A stretch of 58,588 bases of DNA from Flaviaestuariibacter sp. GTDB taxonomy: Bacteria > Bacteroidota > Bacteroidia > Chitinophagales > Chitinophagaceae. The notes under the pieces are model-generated. The model saw only the letters and a program-made list of their open reading frames with translations. It was not told the origin of the DNA and ran no database searches. This document shows positions 46,717-57,270 of this stretch, one piece after another; positions within the stretch are counted from its first letter, which is position 1, and the number at the start of each line of letters is the position of its first letter. The stretch covers positions 1-58,588 of the forward strand of contig JAQBNP010000135.1 of NCBI GenBank assembly GCA_028288515.1, in the 5' to 3' direction. Made by a program: the position numbers and the translations under genes.

Positions 46717-47766
46717 ATGTCGCCATCTATTCGCATTGCTTTTGCTTCGCTGCTCCTTCTTTCTGCCTGCTTTTCAGGACCGGCATCTGCCCAGACCGCG
46801 CGCCGGGATATCCCGTTGCCGCAGCAGCTGCGTGCCACGACAGAGGAGTTCTCGGGAATGGCGGTGTGGAAGGACCGGCTGTATCTTTTGCCGCAATACG
46901 GCAGCAATAAGGACTCGGTGCTGCGCGGTGATTTTTTTCTGTACAGCATTCGGCTGGACAGTATCCGGCGCGTACTCGATCACAAGGACACGGCGCTCAC
47001 CGCTTACCGCACGATCCGTCTTGCTGGTATCAACGCGCTCTCCGATACGATCAGGTGGTACCAGGGAATGGAAGCGATCTCGATCATCGACGGCCGTGTA
47101 TTTCTTTCGATTGAAACCGATGATGAAAAGAACCGCGACTGCTACGTGATCACGGGACTGCTCGACCGGAGCGGCACCCGCATCGATATCGATCCGAAGA
47201 AAGTGGCCGTACTTCCCCGGTTTTCTTTCATCCCCAATGCCGGCTTTGAATCGCTTGCGTGGTTGCCGTCCGAGAAGAAGCTGCTGGCTCTTTTTGAATT
47301 CAACGCAGCACCATCCGGGAACCATGGGTACCTGATCGACCCGACGTTCAAAACCAAGCCTCGCGCGGTCTCCGTGCCCTTCAGCTATTTCCGCGTCACC
47401 GATGCCGTGTCGACACCGAAGGGGGTCTTCGCGCTCAATTATTTTTGGAATGGAGATTACAGGGACTACCTCAATAACTGCATCGTTCGGGCAGAGGAAA
47501 GCCTGGCGGACAGTGTTCCGTCCTTGCGCCGATCGCTCATGGCAGACACGGGCTACCTCCGTGGAAAAACCAACTGCTTCACGCGGATCATCCGGATGAA
47601 GCAGCGAACTGCCGCCAGGTGGACCGAGCACCAGGTGATCGAATACACGTGCAGCGATACGAACTGGGAAGGGCTCGTTCCATTCGGCAATGGGTTCCTG
47701 ATCATCAGCGATGCGAATGGAAAGAAATATTTGCGGACCGTGCTGTCGTATATCCCCGCTCCCTAA
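46717..47766 (+). CDS. Hypothetical secreted protein, probable beta-propeller
   Basis: Signal peptide; repeated blade-like motifs EFSGM, GMEAI, GFESL, NWEGL. Confidence 0.75.
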   Translation: MSPSIRIAFASLLLLSACFSGPASAQTARRDIPLPQQLRATTEEFSGMAVWKDRLYLLPQYGSNKDSVLRGDFFLYSIRLDSIRRVLDHKDTALTAYRTIRLAGINALSDTIRWYQGMEAISIIDGRVFLSIETDDEKNRDCYVITGLLDRSGTRIDIDPKKVAVLPRFSFIPNAGFESLAWLPSEKKLLALFEFNAAPSGNHGYLIDPTFKTKPRAVSVPFSYFRVTDAVSTPKGVFALNYFWNGDYRDYLNNCIVRAEESLADSVPSLRRSLMADTGYLRGKTNCFTRIIRMKQRTAARWTEHQVIEYTCSDTNWEGLVPFGNGFLIISDANGKKYLRTVLSYIPAP

Positions 47767-47827
47767 CTGTTCTGCTTTTTGACGACTCGTCGTCACGATC
47801 CGTCTGAAAGAATTCCACGAGAGACGG

Positions 47828-48616
47828 TTACCGGAAGCCACGCAGCAGGGCGACCATATAGGCCAGCTTTTGCTGCGGGGTGAGTCCGCGCCGGTGTCCC
47901 CACAACGCGCTTTCCCAATCGCCGTATGATGCGTTGGGCAGTACGATGAAACGACTGCCCCAGTCGTTGCGAGCCGCGTCCGTTGCGGCGAAGCGGTTGG
48001 CGATCTCACCCTTTTCAAATGCCGTGGTGAAGTCGGCCAGGTTGTCGCCCAGCAGCATGATGACCTTGTACTGGGCCTGTACCTGCTTGCGACGCGCTTC
48101 CTTTGATGAAACACCCGTGGAAAATAAAAGGTGCGCGGAATCGGCGTCAGGCAGGCCCAGGGTCTGCAGGTTGCGCAGCGTGGGCCCCACCTGTGCTGTC
48201 GTGCGGTTGCTGATGTAAAAGATCGTAGCGCCGCGCTCTTTTGCGGCACGCAGGAAGTCGGCCGCACCGGGCACCGCGGTTGCCGCGGACAGGTTCACCC
48301 ACGCGTCCCAGTCGGCGTTATTGTATTCTTTTCTCTCGCGGATCAGCTGGGCGTCACCCGGACTGTTATCCAGGATGGTCTCATCGATATCGGTGACGAT
48401 GGCCAGCTTCTGTTTGCGGAAATCTTTTTTGCGGATGGCCTGCAGTCGGCACGTGGCGAGGTTGAATGCCTGGTAACAAAGCGCCCGGTACTCGGCCGCG
48501 GTCTGCTGGTAGAGAACGGGGTAGATCTTCAGTGCCTGCGATGCGGTCAGGCTATCCTGCGCATATCAGGTACCAAACAGTTAGAGGGCTAGCGCCAGCG
48601 AGACAAAGTTTTTCAT
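47828..48616 (-). pseudogene. 5'-nucleotidase / class C acid phosphatase (e(P4) family) with two in-frame stops in the signal peptide
   Basis: MKNFVSLALAL*LFGT*YAQ continues in frame to TAAEYRALCYQAFN, DIDETILDNS, SNR, GDNLADF. Confidence 0.8.
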
Positions 48617-48790
48617 GAAACGAAAATACGGAGGGGAGACGGAGAGGAGTGGGATACCGGGTGGCAGGGCCAGGAGCCAAGTAAGCCAGGAGCCAGGATC
48701 CAAAAGCCATAAGATCCAGGCGCCATGATTTAGAAGGCGACCTCGAACATCCAGAAGTCGTAAATCGTAAATCGTAAATGGCAAACGCTC

Positions 48791-51271
48791 TTACCGTCCC
48801 ACGCCACCTGCATCCGGCGCGGCCGCCGGCTCTTCTTCTTTTTCGCGCTTGAACTCGAGCCGGCCGAATTTCCAGGAGAACGTGATCCCGAACGAGCGGA
48901 ACGGAACATAGCGCGTGGTGGACGTCGTGAACAAGGGGCCGAATAATTCGGTGCGCTGCACAAGGTCGCGGTTGAAGGGGTTGGTAGCGGACAGGCCGAT
49001 GCTGGCCTTCTTGTTCCAGAACTGCTTGCGCACCGCCATGCTGTACGACGCGAAGGCCGGGTACTTGCCCTGCGCCTCGTTTCGTGCGGAGTTGAGGTTG
49101 CCGAATGCTTCGGCAACAAGGGTTTGAGACAGCTGCCAGGTCAGGTTCAGTGTTGCGCGGTAGTTGAAGCTGCTGATATCGTAGCCGGGATCTTTTTGAT
49201 TGACGATGTGGCGGTGAAATCCGGACAGCGTGGTGCGCAGGGACAGTTTCGGATCCAGGCGAAGGTCGCCGAACAGCAGCACGCCCGTATTGTTCTCCCG
49301 GCCGATATTCTCCCGCATACTCACGGATACATTGGTGTAGAGCGAGTCGCCCACCTGCAGCGACGGGTAGTAGCGAATGAAGGGCTGGATGTCCTGCTCA
49401 TTGCGGCGGTAGAACACAGTACCGGTCAGCGTTCCGCCGCCTTTGGTTGTACGGGTATAGCTCCCCTCGATGCGGTGGCCGACCTCCGGTTTGAGGTAGG
49501 GGTTGCCGGCAGATATATTCTTTGGATCGCTTGTATTGACGAACGGGTTGAGGTCGTTATAGTCCGGGCGGTTGATGCGCTTGGAGTAGCTCAGCTTCAC
49601 GACCTGGTTGTCGCCGATCTTGCGGGACAGGTACAAGGATGGCACCACCGTACTGTAGGGCGGCGTTGCCTGCTGCTGCTGTGCATTGGAGAAATAGGAA
49701 CGAATCGATGTGTGCTCGTATCGCATACCGCCCTTGATCTCGAACAGCTCGCCCACCGGAAGTGCCGCTTCGGCATAGCCGGCCACAACATTCTGGCGAT
49801 AGAAAAGCGTGTTGGAAAGCGATGCGTTTGCTGCGTATGTTCCCGATGATTTTTCGAAGCGGCTCACATCAGACCTGCTCTCGATGTCCACACCGCCCCA
49901 TTTCGCCCCGAACGACAGCAGCGCGTCATCTCCCATGGGATGCGTATAATCGGCCGTGACCTCACTTTCCGTTTCGGTTGACGGGTTGGTGCTGGAAACC
50001 CCATAGAACAGGGAACCGCCGGGGATCCTGAACTGCTCGTTGCCAGCCTGCGATCGGATGGTACCCGTGCTGGTGCTCGCAGCGATCTCGAGGAGTTGGT
50101 CTTCCTTGGGAAACTTCAGCGAGTAGCTGATGTCCGCATCCACATTGTGCAGCGCAAAGCGGTTGCGCGCCTCGCTTCGCCACTCGGTGTACATCGGCAG
50201 CAGGGGAGGCGTCTCCATCTTCGTATCCTGGGTCAGGAGCACGTCGCCATTGTTCCGAGTATCGAAATGGTCGTACGAAACGTTGCCGGTGAACTGGTGC
50301 CGCTCGTGAAGGGTCCAGTCGAACCCGATGCCGGTCTGGTAGCTGTTGCGGGTGATCATCGTTTCGCCGGCCTGTGTCAGCAGCGTGCTGGAATGGGCAG
50401 CGGTGTCTTTGCTGGATCGCAGTGAGTTGAACCGCGTGGTGACCGACGGCCGCCTGTTGCCGCTGACATAGGCATTGAGGCCGAACGAGCCCTTGCGGGC
50501 ATTGAAGGTGAATGAGCCGTTCTGCCCGCGGGTGGCGGCGGCAAGCGACAAGTTGCCGTTGATGCCCTGCGCGCTGCTTTTCTTCAGGATGATATTGATG
50601 ATGCCCGCCGATCCCTGCGCGTCGTAGCGGGCGCCGGGATTGGTGACCACCTCGATGCTGCGGATCTGGCTTGCGGGGATGGATTGGAGGACGTCGGCGA
50701 TATTGCTGCCGAACGCAGCGGATGGCTTCCCGTTGATCAGGAAGCGGACACCGCTGCTGCCTGCCAGCTCCACGTTTCCGTCCGCATCGACCGATACCTG
50801 CGGCACCTTTCGCAGCACGTCGGTCGCGACGCCGCTCTGCGACGTGATGTCGCGCTCGGCATTGTAAACGAGCTTGTCGATCCGGTTGTCGATGATGCGC
50901 TGCTGGGCAGATACGGTGACATTGGCAAGCGTCTGCTGGCGGCGCAGGAGGTAGATGGATTTGATGTCGACGAGAGCGCCTTTGCTCACCTGGAGCGGGC
51001 CGATCGTGCGCGGCGCATAGCCTAGGAATTCGGCAACGAGCTGGTAGTTCCCGGCGGGCAGCTCACCGATCGTGAACCGACCCGAGGCATCCGACGTGGC
51101 GCCGCTGATGGTCTTGCCGTCTGCCTGCAAGGTCAGTGTCGCATATTCGAGGCCCGTTTGTGTGGCTGAATCGAGCACGCGCCCCATGATCCTGGCGGTA
51201 TGCGTACCCTCCTGGGCGCCGGCAGACAAAGCGAAATATAGAAACACTCCCAGGAGCAAACGTCTTCTCAC
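48791..51271 (-). CDS. TonB-dependent receptor / OM beta-barrel protein
   Basis: Probable GTG start; carboxypeptidase-regulatory-like domain; plug (IEVVTNPGARYDAQG.AGIINI); barrel with GNP.LKPE. Confidence 0.88.
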   Translation of the reverse strand: MRRRLLLGVFLYFALSAGAQEGTHTARIMGRVLDSATQTGLEYATLTLQADGKTISGATSDASGRFTIGELPAGNYQLVAEFLGYAPRTIGPLQVSKGALVDIKSIYLLRRQQTLANVTVSAQQRIIDNRIDKLVYNAERDITSQSGVATDVLRKVPQVSVDADGNVELAGSSGVRFLINGKPSAAFGSNIADVLQSIPASQIRSIEVVTNPGARYDAQGSAGIINIILKKSSAQGINGNLSLAAATRGQNGSFTFNARKGSFGLNAYVSGNRRPSVTTRFNSLRSSKDTAAHSSTLLTQAGETMITRNSYQTGIGFDWTLHERHQFTGNVSYDHFDTRNNGDVLLTQDTKMETPPLLPMYTEWRSEARNRFALHNVDADISYSLKFPKEDQLLEIAASTSTGTIRSQAGNEQFRIPGGSLFYGVSSTNPSTETESEVTADYTHPMGDDALLSFGAKWGGVDIESRSDVSRFEKSSGTYAANASLSNTLFYRQNVVAGYAEAALPVGELFEIKGGMRYEHTSIRSYFSNAQQQQATPPYSTVVPSLYLSRKIGDNQVVKLSYSKRINRPDYNDLNPFVNTSDPKNISAGNPYLKPEVGHRIEGSYTRTTKGGGTLTGTVFYRRNEQDIQPFIRYYPSLQVGDSLYTNVSVSMRENIGRENNTGVLLFGDLRLDPKLSLRTTLSGFHRHIVNQKDPGYDISSFNYRATLNLTWQLSQTLVAEAFGNLNSARNEAQGKYPAFASYSMAVRKQFWNKKASIGLSATNPFNRDLVQRTELFGPLFTTSTTRYVPFRSFGITFSWKFGRLEFKREKEEEPAAAPDAGGVGR

Positions 51272-51440
51272 ACGCGCGGTTGTAAGTGATAAAGATAAAG
51301 TTGAGTCGCGAAGTGGCCGCATCCGAAGGTCTGGAAAACGAAGGGGATTCACGTTGTTTTTTCAAAAAGGAAGGTTCCGGGCGCTTTCATATAAATGAAT
51401 TTCTGCATCTTTAAGGGCTCAATCAACTAAACTCCTGCTC

Positions 51441-52547
51441 ATGCCGATCCGTCCCTTCCTGTTCAGCGCCGTTGCGGCCCTTCTCTTCCTGGCTTCCTGC
51501 GCACCGGGGCAACAGCCCCTGACGGCAGCCGAGGCCGCACAGTTCGGCCGCCGCCTGGAGCGCTCTCTTGCCCTGCGCCGCACGGGCCCCTTTGATTCGC
51601 TCTTTAACGAGACCGTCTTCGGGGAGCGCATCGCGGCCGCCATCGGTGAGTCGAGCAACCCGCTGTTCGTCAAGGGCGTGATCGCCGGCATCCGCAAAAA
51701 GCGGCTCGGCAAAGAGATCATCGACAATATCGGCAAGGACGGAAGCTATACACTGCTGCGCCAATACGAGAAGGACGGTCACCACCACCTGCTCTTCCGG
51801 CTCATGGGCGCCAACGGCTTCAACTACCATGATATGGAGCTGGTCAAAAGCGGCGACAAGGTAAAGGCCGCCGACCTCTTCGTTTACCTGTCGGGAGAGA
51901 ACCTGAGCGAAACCATGGCCGGCACGTTCTCGGCTATGTCGGCCTCGGACGGTAAGGATGATGAGAAGATCGTTGCCACCACAACCCGGCTCACGGCCAT
52001 GCGCAACCTGGTTCAGCAGGGCCGCTATGCCGACGCACCAGCGGCTTACAAGTCCTTTCCGCGCATGCTGCAGAACGTGCGCGCCATGCAGGTCATGAAC
52101 CTGCAGGTGCTGGCTGAGCTTGACAAGAAAGAATTCGAGGAGGCGCTGAACCGTTTCGAAGCGAGCTATGGCAGCGAAGGAGCCTCCCAGCTGATGCTTC
52201 TGAACGGCCACCTGGTTGTCGGCAATTTCGATAAGGCCCTCAACGCTCTCAACGCGCTCGACACCGCCGTGAAAGGCGACCCCATGCTCAATTACTACCG
52301 CGGCCTCATCTACTTCCAGCGCGGCGACGATGCCCGTGCCTTTACATGCCTGGAAAAGCTGCAGCAGGACCTTCCCGATTTCGGAGACGGATCCCTACAG
52401 CTCATCGCCAAATACCTGCAGACAAACCAGGAACAAAAGGCCGGCAAGGTGTTCGCGGCTTACCGGGCCAACCGCCGGCTGAACCAGCAGAAGCTCGCGC
52501 CGATCCAGGTCATGTACCCCGACTTCGCAAAGAAGTACGGCAACTAG
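51441..52547 (+). CDS. Lipoprotein with TPR-like C-terminus
   Basis: FLASC lipobox; helical repeats (YYRGLIY...A). Confidence 0.78.
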   Translation: MPIRPFLFSAVAALLFLASCAPGQQPLTAAEAAQFGRRLERSLALRRTGPFDSLFNETVFGERIAAAIGESSNPLFVKGVIAGIRKKRLGKEIIDNIGKDGSYTLLRQYEKDGHHHLLFRLMGANGFNYHDMELVKSGDKVKAADLFVYLSGENLSETMAGTFSAMSASDGKDDEKIVATTTRLTAMRNLVQQGRYADAPAAYKSFPRMLQNVRAMQVMNLQVLAELDKKEFEEALNRFEASYGSEGASQLMLLNGHLVVGNFDKALNALNALDTAVKGDPMLNYYRGLIYFQRGDDARAFTCLEKLQQDLPDFGDGSLQLIAKYLQTNQEQKAGKVFAAYRANRRLNQQKLAPIQVMYPDFAKKYGN

Positions 52548-52683
52548 AGCGCCGGCATCACGTCTCATCGCGCCTTTGCGAGGCGGGGAAAGCAGTACCT
52601 TCATGGAGCGGGAGGCACCGCGGGACTTCATTCCCGCCTCCTACTTTGAACATCACCGGGAACCGTCCTTAAAAAATGCATGT

Positions 52684-53172
52684 ATGGAACAGCCAGCAGA
52701 CGCATTCGTGCCCGAAAAATACCTGTGGACGCAAGACGACTTCGACAAGATGGGATGGCATGACAGCCAGGTCCACGCGATCTCGTTCGGTGAGAACGGC
52801 GACCTCCTTCTCGACATCGACTATATTTTCAAGTGGGCCGCCGGCGCCACGCATTTCCGTTTTTGGGTCTCCCCGTGCACGCTTGTTTTTGAGAATGTCT
52901 ACGATGTTGATTTCGACCTTTCCTATTCAACCGGCGGGCTGGCGATCGACCAGCTGTCACGCGATGAGATCCAGCCGATAGAAGGAGAAGAAGACCTCGT
53001 GGAAGCAGGCGACCGTGCCTGGACCATCGCGCTGCAGCAGGGGCTGATCCAATTCAAATCCGCCGGCTTCCGCCAGTTCATCCGCGCCAGGCCGCTGCTG
53101 CTGAACGAGCAGGCCCTCGAGATTTCGCAGCGCGGCGGAATTTCCTTCGACCAAAAAACAGGCGAGGCGTAA
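52684..53172 (+). CDS. Hypothetical protein
   Basis: DFDKMGWHD...DIDYI.KW...PCTLVFENV; protein-like sequence. Confidence 0.75.
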   Translation: MEQPADAFVPEKYLWTQDDFDKMGWHDSQVHAISFGENGDLLLDIDYIFKWAAGATHFRFWVSPCTLVFENVYDVDFDLSYSTGGLAIDQLSRDEIQPIEGEEDLVEAGDRAWTIALQQGLIQFKSAGFRQFIRARPLLLNEQALEISQRGGISFDQKTGEA

Positions 53173-53208
53173 ACAGTCGTTCACGCCTCTTCGATCCGTT
53201 GCGGTTCC

Positions 53209-56200
53209 TTAGCTGAACAGGTATTCCACGTCTTCGCGCGACAGCGCTTTCACGAATGAATCGTCATCGGCAATGAGCTCCTTGGCGAGCAGTCGCTTGC
53301 GTTCCTGCAGCTGCATGATCTTGTCTTCAATGGTGTCCTTGCAGATCATGCGGTAGGCGAAAATATTCTTCGTTTGCCCGATGCGGTGTGTCCGGTCGAT
53401 GGCCTGTTGCTCCACGGCGGGGTTCCACCACGGGTCCACGATATACACGTAGTCGGCAGCGGTGAGGTTGAGGCCCACGCCACCGGCCTTCAGGGAGATC
53501 AGGAAGACGCGAACCTCGGAATCCTTCTGGAAGCTCTGGATCGCTTTCTCGCGGTCGGGAGCTGAGGTGCTGCCATCAAAGTATTCGTAGCGGATGCCGG
53601 CTTCCGTGAGCTTTTCGCGGATGAGGCCGAGCATGCCCAGGAACTGTGAGAAGACGAGGGCCTTATGGTCGCCGATGTTCTCGGCGATCTCCCGCGCAAG
53701 CTCCTCGAGCTTGATGGAGTGGTTGCCAAACGGCTCGGGCTCGTTGAGGATGGCGGGCGAATCGCAGATCTGGCGCAGCTTCATGAGGCCCTGCAGGATC
53801 GTGAGCTGTGATTTATGGATGCCCTGCTCGTCGATCGTGCCGAGGATGCGGGCGCGGAAATCGTTGCGGTACGCGTCGTAGATGCGGCGCTGCTCGTCGC
53901 CCATCTCGCACCAGAGCACCATCTCCGTTTTTTCCGGGAGGTCCTTTGCCACCTGCTCTTTCGTGCGGCGGAGGATGAAGGGGTAGAGCAGCTTCTTGAG
54001 ATGGTCTTTCTGTTCTTTCTCTCCAAACTTGTCGATCGGGATGGAGAACTCCTGTCGGAAGAATTCCATCGTGCCGAGCATGCCGGGATTGAGGAAGTTC
54101 ATCTGCGCGTAGATATCGAACGTATTGTTCTGAAGCGGGGTACCGCTCATGCAGATGCGGTGCTTGGCGTTGAGCAGGGCGGCTGCCTTCGTCACCTTGC
54201 TTTGCGGGTTTTTGATGGCCTGGGATTCATCGAGCACGGCATAGTCGAGCGGCACCTGGATAAAGGTCTTGATGTCGCTGCGCAAGGTGCCGTACGTGGT
54301 GATGATGATGTTGAACTGGCCAAGCTCTTCGGCGCTGCGGAGGCGCTGCGGCCCGTGGTGAATATGGTACGTGAGCGTGGGGGTGAACTTGCGGATCTCG
54401 TTCTCCCAGTTGTAGATCAGGGTGGTGGGACAAACAACCAGGACCTTCATGTCCTCGTGGCCCGTATCGTGGTAATGCTGGAGATAGGACAGCGCCTGGA
54501 CGGTCTTGCCGAGACCCATATCGTCGGCGAGAATGCCGCCCCAGCTGACCTCCTGGAGGTAGTTGAGCCACTGGTAGCCTGCCACCTGGTAAGGCCGCAG
54601 GATGGGCTGAAGCGCCGCCGGCGGCTCGATCTCCTTGATGGTATCGACGGTGCGGATCTTCTCGTATTTTTCTTCGAGGGCGATCTCGAGCTCCTCGGCA
54701 TTTCGGTTCTCGTACAGCTCGTCGATCACGCTGAGGTGGTAGCGCGACAGCTTCAGGCTGTCCGTCTTTCCTTCGCCGACGCGGAACAGGAGCGAGTATT
54801 TCTTCAGCCATTCTTCCGGCAGGATGCCCAGCGTTCCATCCGCGAGCTGCACGAACTGCTGCTTATTGGAGATGGCGCGCTTGACCTCTTCCACCGTTAC
54901 TTTCTGGTCGCCGAACAGGATGTCGACCTTGGCATCGAACCAGTCTGTGTTCGATGAGATATAGATATGCGTGGATGGCTTGGCTGTGTTGAATCGGAAG
55001 TTCTTGAGACTCTCGTATCCGAAGACCGCCGTGCCTGCTTCCTGCATGGCATCGACAAATAAGAAGAACCAGTTGTTCTTCAGAACCTCTGCGCCTTTGA
55101 GGGCCAGCGCCGCGCCTTCGTCGTACTCGATGAAATTGGAATGAAGCGTGCGGAGCTTGTTGAGGAATCCTTCTTCGGCAACGCGGTTGCGGTGCACGAC
55201 CACGACCTTGCTGCCGTAGGGGACAATGATCTCGTCGCGGTCCTTGGCCTTGGTATCGAAACCCTTGTAGTTGAAGACGGGTGTGAACACGAGGTACTCG
55301 CCGCGCTCCTGCAGGTAGAGGGTCACGCCGGGCTCGCCGTCCTTCACTTCGTCGACGATGCTCTTGTCAAAGTCGACCTGGTATTCTTTGGCCAGCGGCA
55401 TGACGATCTTTTCGAGCGTCGTGGGCCACACGTCGGCCTTGACTTTCATGATGCCGGTGGGCAGGAACTGCGCCGCGACGGAAGCGGCATCCGTGCTGTT
55501 CCAGAAGAACACCTGGTGGTTGTAGAGGAAGAAGAGCGGTGTGCCGGCTTCATTGTCCGACAGTCCATGAGAGAGGGCTTCGGGCTTCACGAAGCATTCG
55601 ATCGCGTATCCCTTGCCACTTTCCTCGACGTGGAACTGTGGCATCATGGGCACCGCGCTCAGCTCCACCTTCTCGAGGTTGGCGGTCTTGAACGGCTTGC
55701 CTTTCGGCAGCACGTAGGCAGGGGCCGATGCATAGTCGAGCGCGAGGCGCCTGAGCTTCGGAACGATGTATTCGATGATGAGCACCTTTGTTTCTTCGGG
55801 GAGGTCCTCGCCGTTGGTGTGGACGATGTTCTCCCAGAAGCCGGCGAAGGGCGAGTTGCGGTTGATGTATTTGGCCACCTCGCTGTCCTGCAGCTTGCGG
55901 GCGGCGGTGACGAGGCTGCGCACCTCTTCGGCGTGTGCGTCGAGGTTGATATACTTGGCGAGCTCGAGCTTTTCGACGGTTCCGATAAAGCCTTTCTCCT
56001 CCGTTGCGTCGCCTTCAACGATATCGATATTGAAGAAGGGGTAGGCTTCTTTATTCAGGTTGAACACGATGCCGAGGGCCTTGCCTTCGGAGACGATCTT
56101 GCGCGGCGCTTCGGCTTCTTCGACGAGGGGCATCTCCTCGCGCTTGGGTGGTGGCGGCGGCTGCACGGCAACGCGCTTGATGGACGGGTCGAGGACGCGC

Positions 56201-56958
56201 AGGAAGGGCTTGCCTTCTTTGTAGACGAACTCGAATTTTCCTTTGATGTCGTCGGTGAGGGAGTAGCCGTAAATCTCGAGAAGCTTGTTCTTGTCCTTGT
56301 CCCAGTTGCGGATGGAATCGAAGTAGTTGGCGCCGTGCTTGTAATAGAGGAAGAGGAAGACGATCACCTTGGGGAGGCAGAGCGGGTGGTCGGTATCGAC
56401 ATAGTCCGAGCTGGTGTCGAAGGTGCGCTCCTCGTTGCGGCGGAGGATCACCTGGTAGTCGGTGCCGTCGATGGCAACGCGGGCGCGGACGAGCTCGTCC
56501 TTGGCGCTTTCAATGACGGGCTTATTGTCCTTGAGCCATTCTTCGGCCTCGAGGAAAACATCCTGCGAGGAGAGGAGGCGGAGGGTCTTCACCTCGATGG
56601 CCTTCATCTTGGCGACGGTGTGCTGCTGGTCGTAGTATTTATCGTCCGCCAGGAGCAGCCCCTTGTCGATCATCTCCTGCAGGCGAAGCAATGAGGCGGC
56701 CTCGTGTCGGCAGATGTCGCCGAGGTTGTAGGGGCAGGCACAGCGGACCGTAAGAGTCTTGGGGTCTTTGTAATTCTGGACGTAGACCTTATAGAACGTG
56801 GAGTAGGTATCGTCCTTGACGCGGAAGGAGGCGGCATGAAGTAAGTCGTCGTGCTCGACGAGCTCTACGGAACCGATCGCGTGGATCTTTTTACCGCGGC
56901 GGATCACTTCATCACTGCCCTGCGTATACACATATTTCAACAAAAGAGGTAAAGCCAA
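53209..56958 (-). CDS. SNF2-family helicase with N-terminal SWIM zinc finger
   Basis: CACPYNLGDICRH; LADDMGLGKT, DESQAIKN, SGTP, GLNLTAAD, DRTHRIGQ; TTG start. Confidence 0.93.
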   Translation of the reverse strand: MALPLLLKYVYTQGSDEVIRRGKKIHAIGSVELVEHDDLLHAASFRVKDDTYSTFYKVYVQNYKDPKTLTVRCACPYNLGDICRHEAASLLRLQEMIDKGLLLADDKYYDQQHTVAKMKAIEVKTLRLLSSQDVFLEAEEWLKDNKPVIESAKDELVRARVAIDGTDYQVILRRNEERTFDTSSDYVDTDHPLCLPKVIVFLFLYYKHGANYFDSIRNWDKDKNKLLEIYGYSLTDDIKGKFEFVYKEGKPFLRVLDPSIKRVAVQPPPPPKREEMPLVEEAEAPRKIVSEGKALGIVFNLNKEAYPFFNIDIVEGDATEEKGFIGTVEKLELAKYINLDAHAEEVRSLVTAARKLQDSEVAKYINRNSPFAGFWENIVHTNGEDLPEETKVLIIEYIVPKLRRLALDYASAPAYVLPKGKPFKTANLEKVELSAVPMMPQFHVEESGKGYAIECFVKPEALSHGLSDNEAGTPLFFLYNHQVFFWNSTDAASVAAQFLPTGIMKVKADVWPTTLEKIVMPLAKEYQVDFDKSIVDEVKDGEPGVTLYLQERGEYLVFTPVFNYKGFDTKAKDRDEIIVPYGSKVVVVHRNRVAEEGFLNKLRTLHSNFIEYDEGAALALKGAEVLKNNWFFLFVDAMQEAGTAVFGYESLKNFRFNTAKPSTHIYISSNTDWFDAKVDILFGDQKVTVEEVKRAISNKQQFVQLADGTLGILPEEWLKKYSLLFRVGEGKTDSLKLSRYHLSVIDELYENRNAEELEIALEEKYEKIRTVDTIKEIEPPAALQPILRPYQVAGYQWLNYLQEVSWGGILADDMGLGKTVQALSYLQHYHDTGHEDMKVLVVCPTTLIYNWENEIRKFTPTLTYHIHHGPQRLRSAEELGQFNIIITTYGTLRSDIKTFIQVPLDYAVLDESQAIKNPQSKVTKAAALLNAKHRICMSGTPLQNNTFDIYAQMNFLNPGMLGTMEFFRQEFSIPIDKFGEKEQKDHLKKLLYPFILRRTKEQVAKDLPEKTEMVLWCEMGDEQRRIYDAYRNDFRARILGTIDEQGIHKSQLTILQGLMKLRQICDSPAILNEPEPFGNHSIKLEELAREIAENIGDHKALVFSQFLGMLGLIREKLTEAGIRYEYFDGSTSAPDREKAIQSFQKDSEVRVFLISLKAGGVGLNLTAADYVYIVDPWWNPAVEQQAIDRTHRIGQTKNIFAYRMICKDTIEDKIMQLQERKRLLAKELIADDDSFVKALSREDVEYLFS

Positions 56959-56987
56959 ACGATTTACGATTTACGATTTACGATTTC
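56959..56987. repeat. Heptamer tandem tract (ACGATTT)x4
   Basis: Directly visible, abutting the SNF2 start codon. Confidence 0.75.
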
Positions 56988-57270
56988 GCCGCGCCGGTCG
57001 GGCTGGCGATTGGCTCCCCTTGCTCGTTGGTGAACGGGCAAAAAGCAATGTGTGTCAAGCCAGAAGAATCAGAAATCAGAGATCAGAAATTCAAGATCTC
57101 TCCCATTCGCCCCTGCGACAAAGCCAACCGGCAAAAGTAAAAGAAAAGAACCCGGATAACCTGACAAAAAAGAATATTTTACCGTTAAATGTTTCGCCCC
57201 TCCTTTCTTTTTCCAGGACACCGCAGGAACGCCCCCGGTGTGTCGTCTAATCTTTCAAACCGGCCGCCCG

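Noticed and set aside
53209-56958. SNF2 helicase as part of an anti-phage defence island
   Set aside because: There are no adjacent methylase, nuclease or other defence genes, and SWIM-SNF2 proteins are common stand-alone chromosomal genes.
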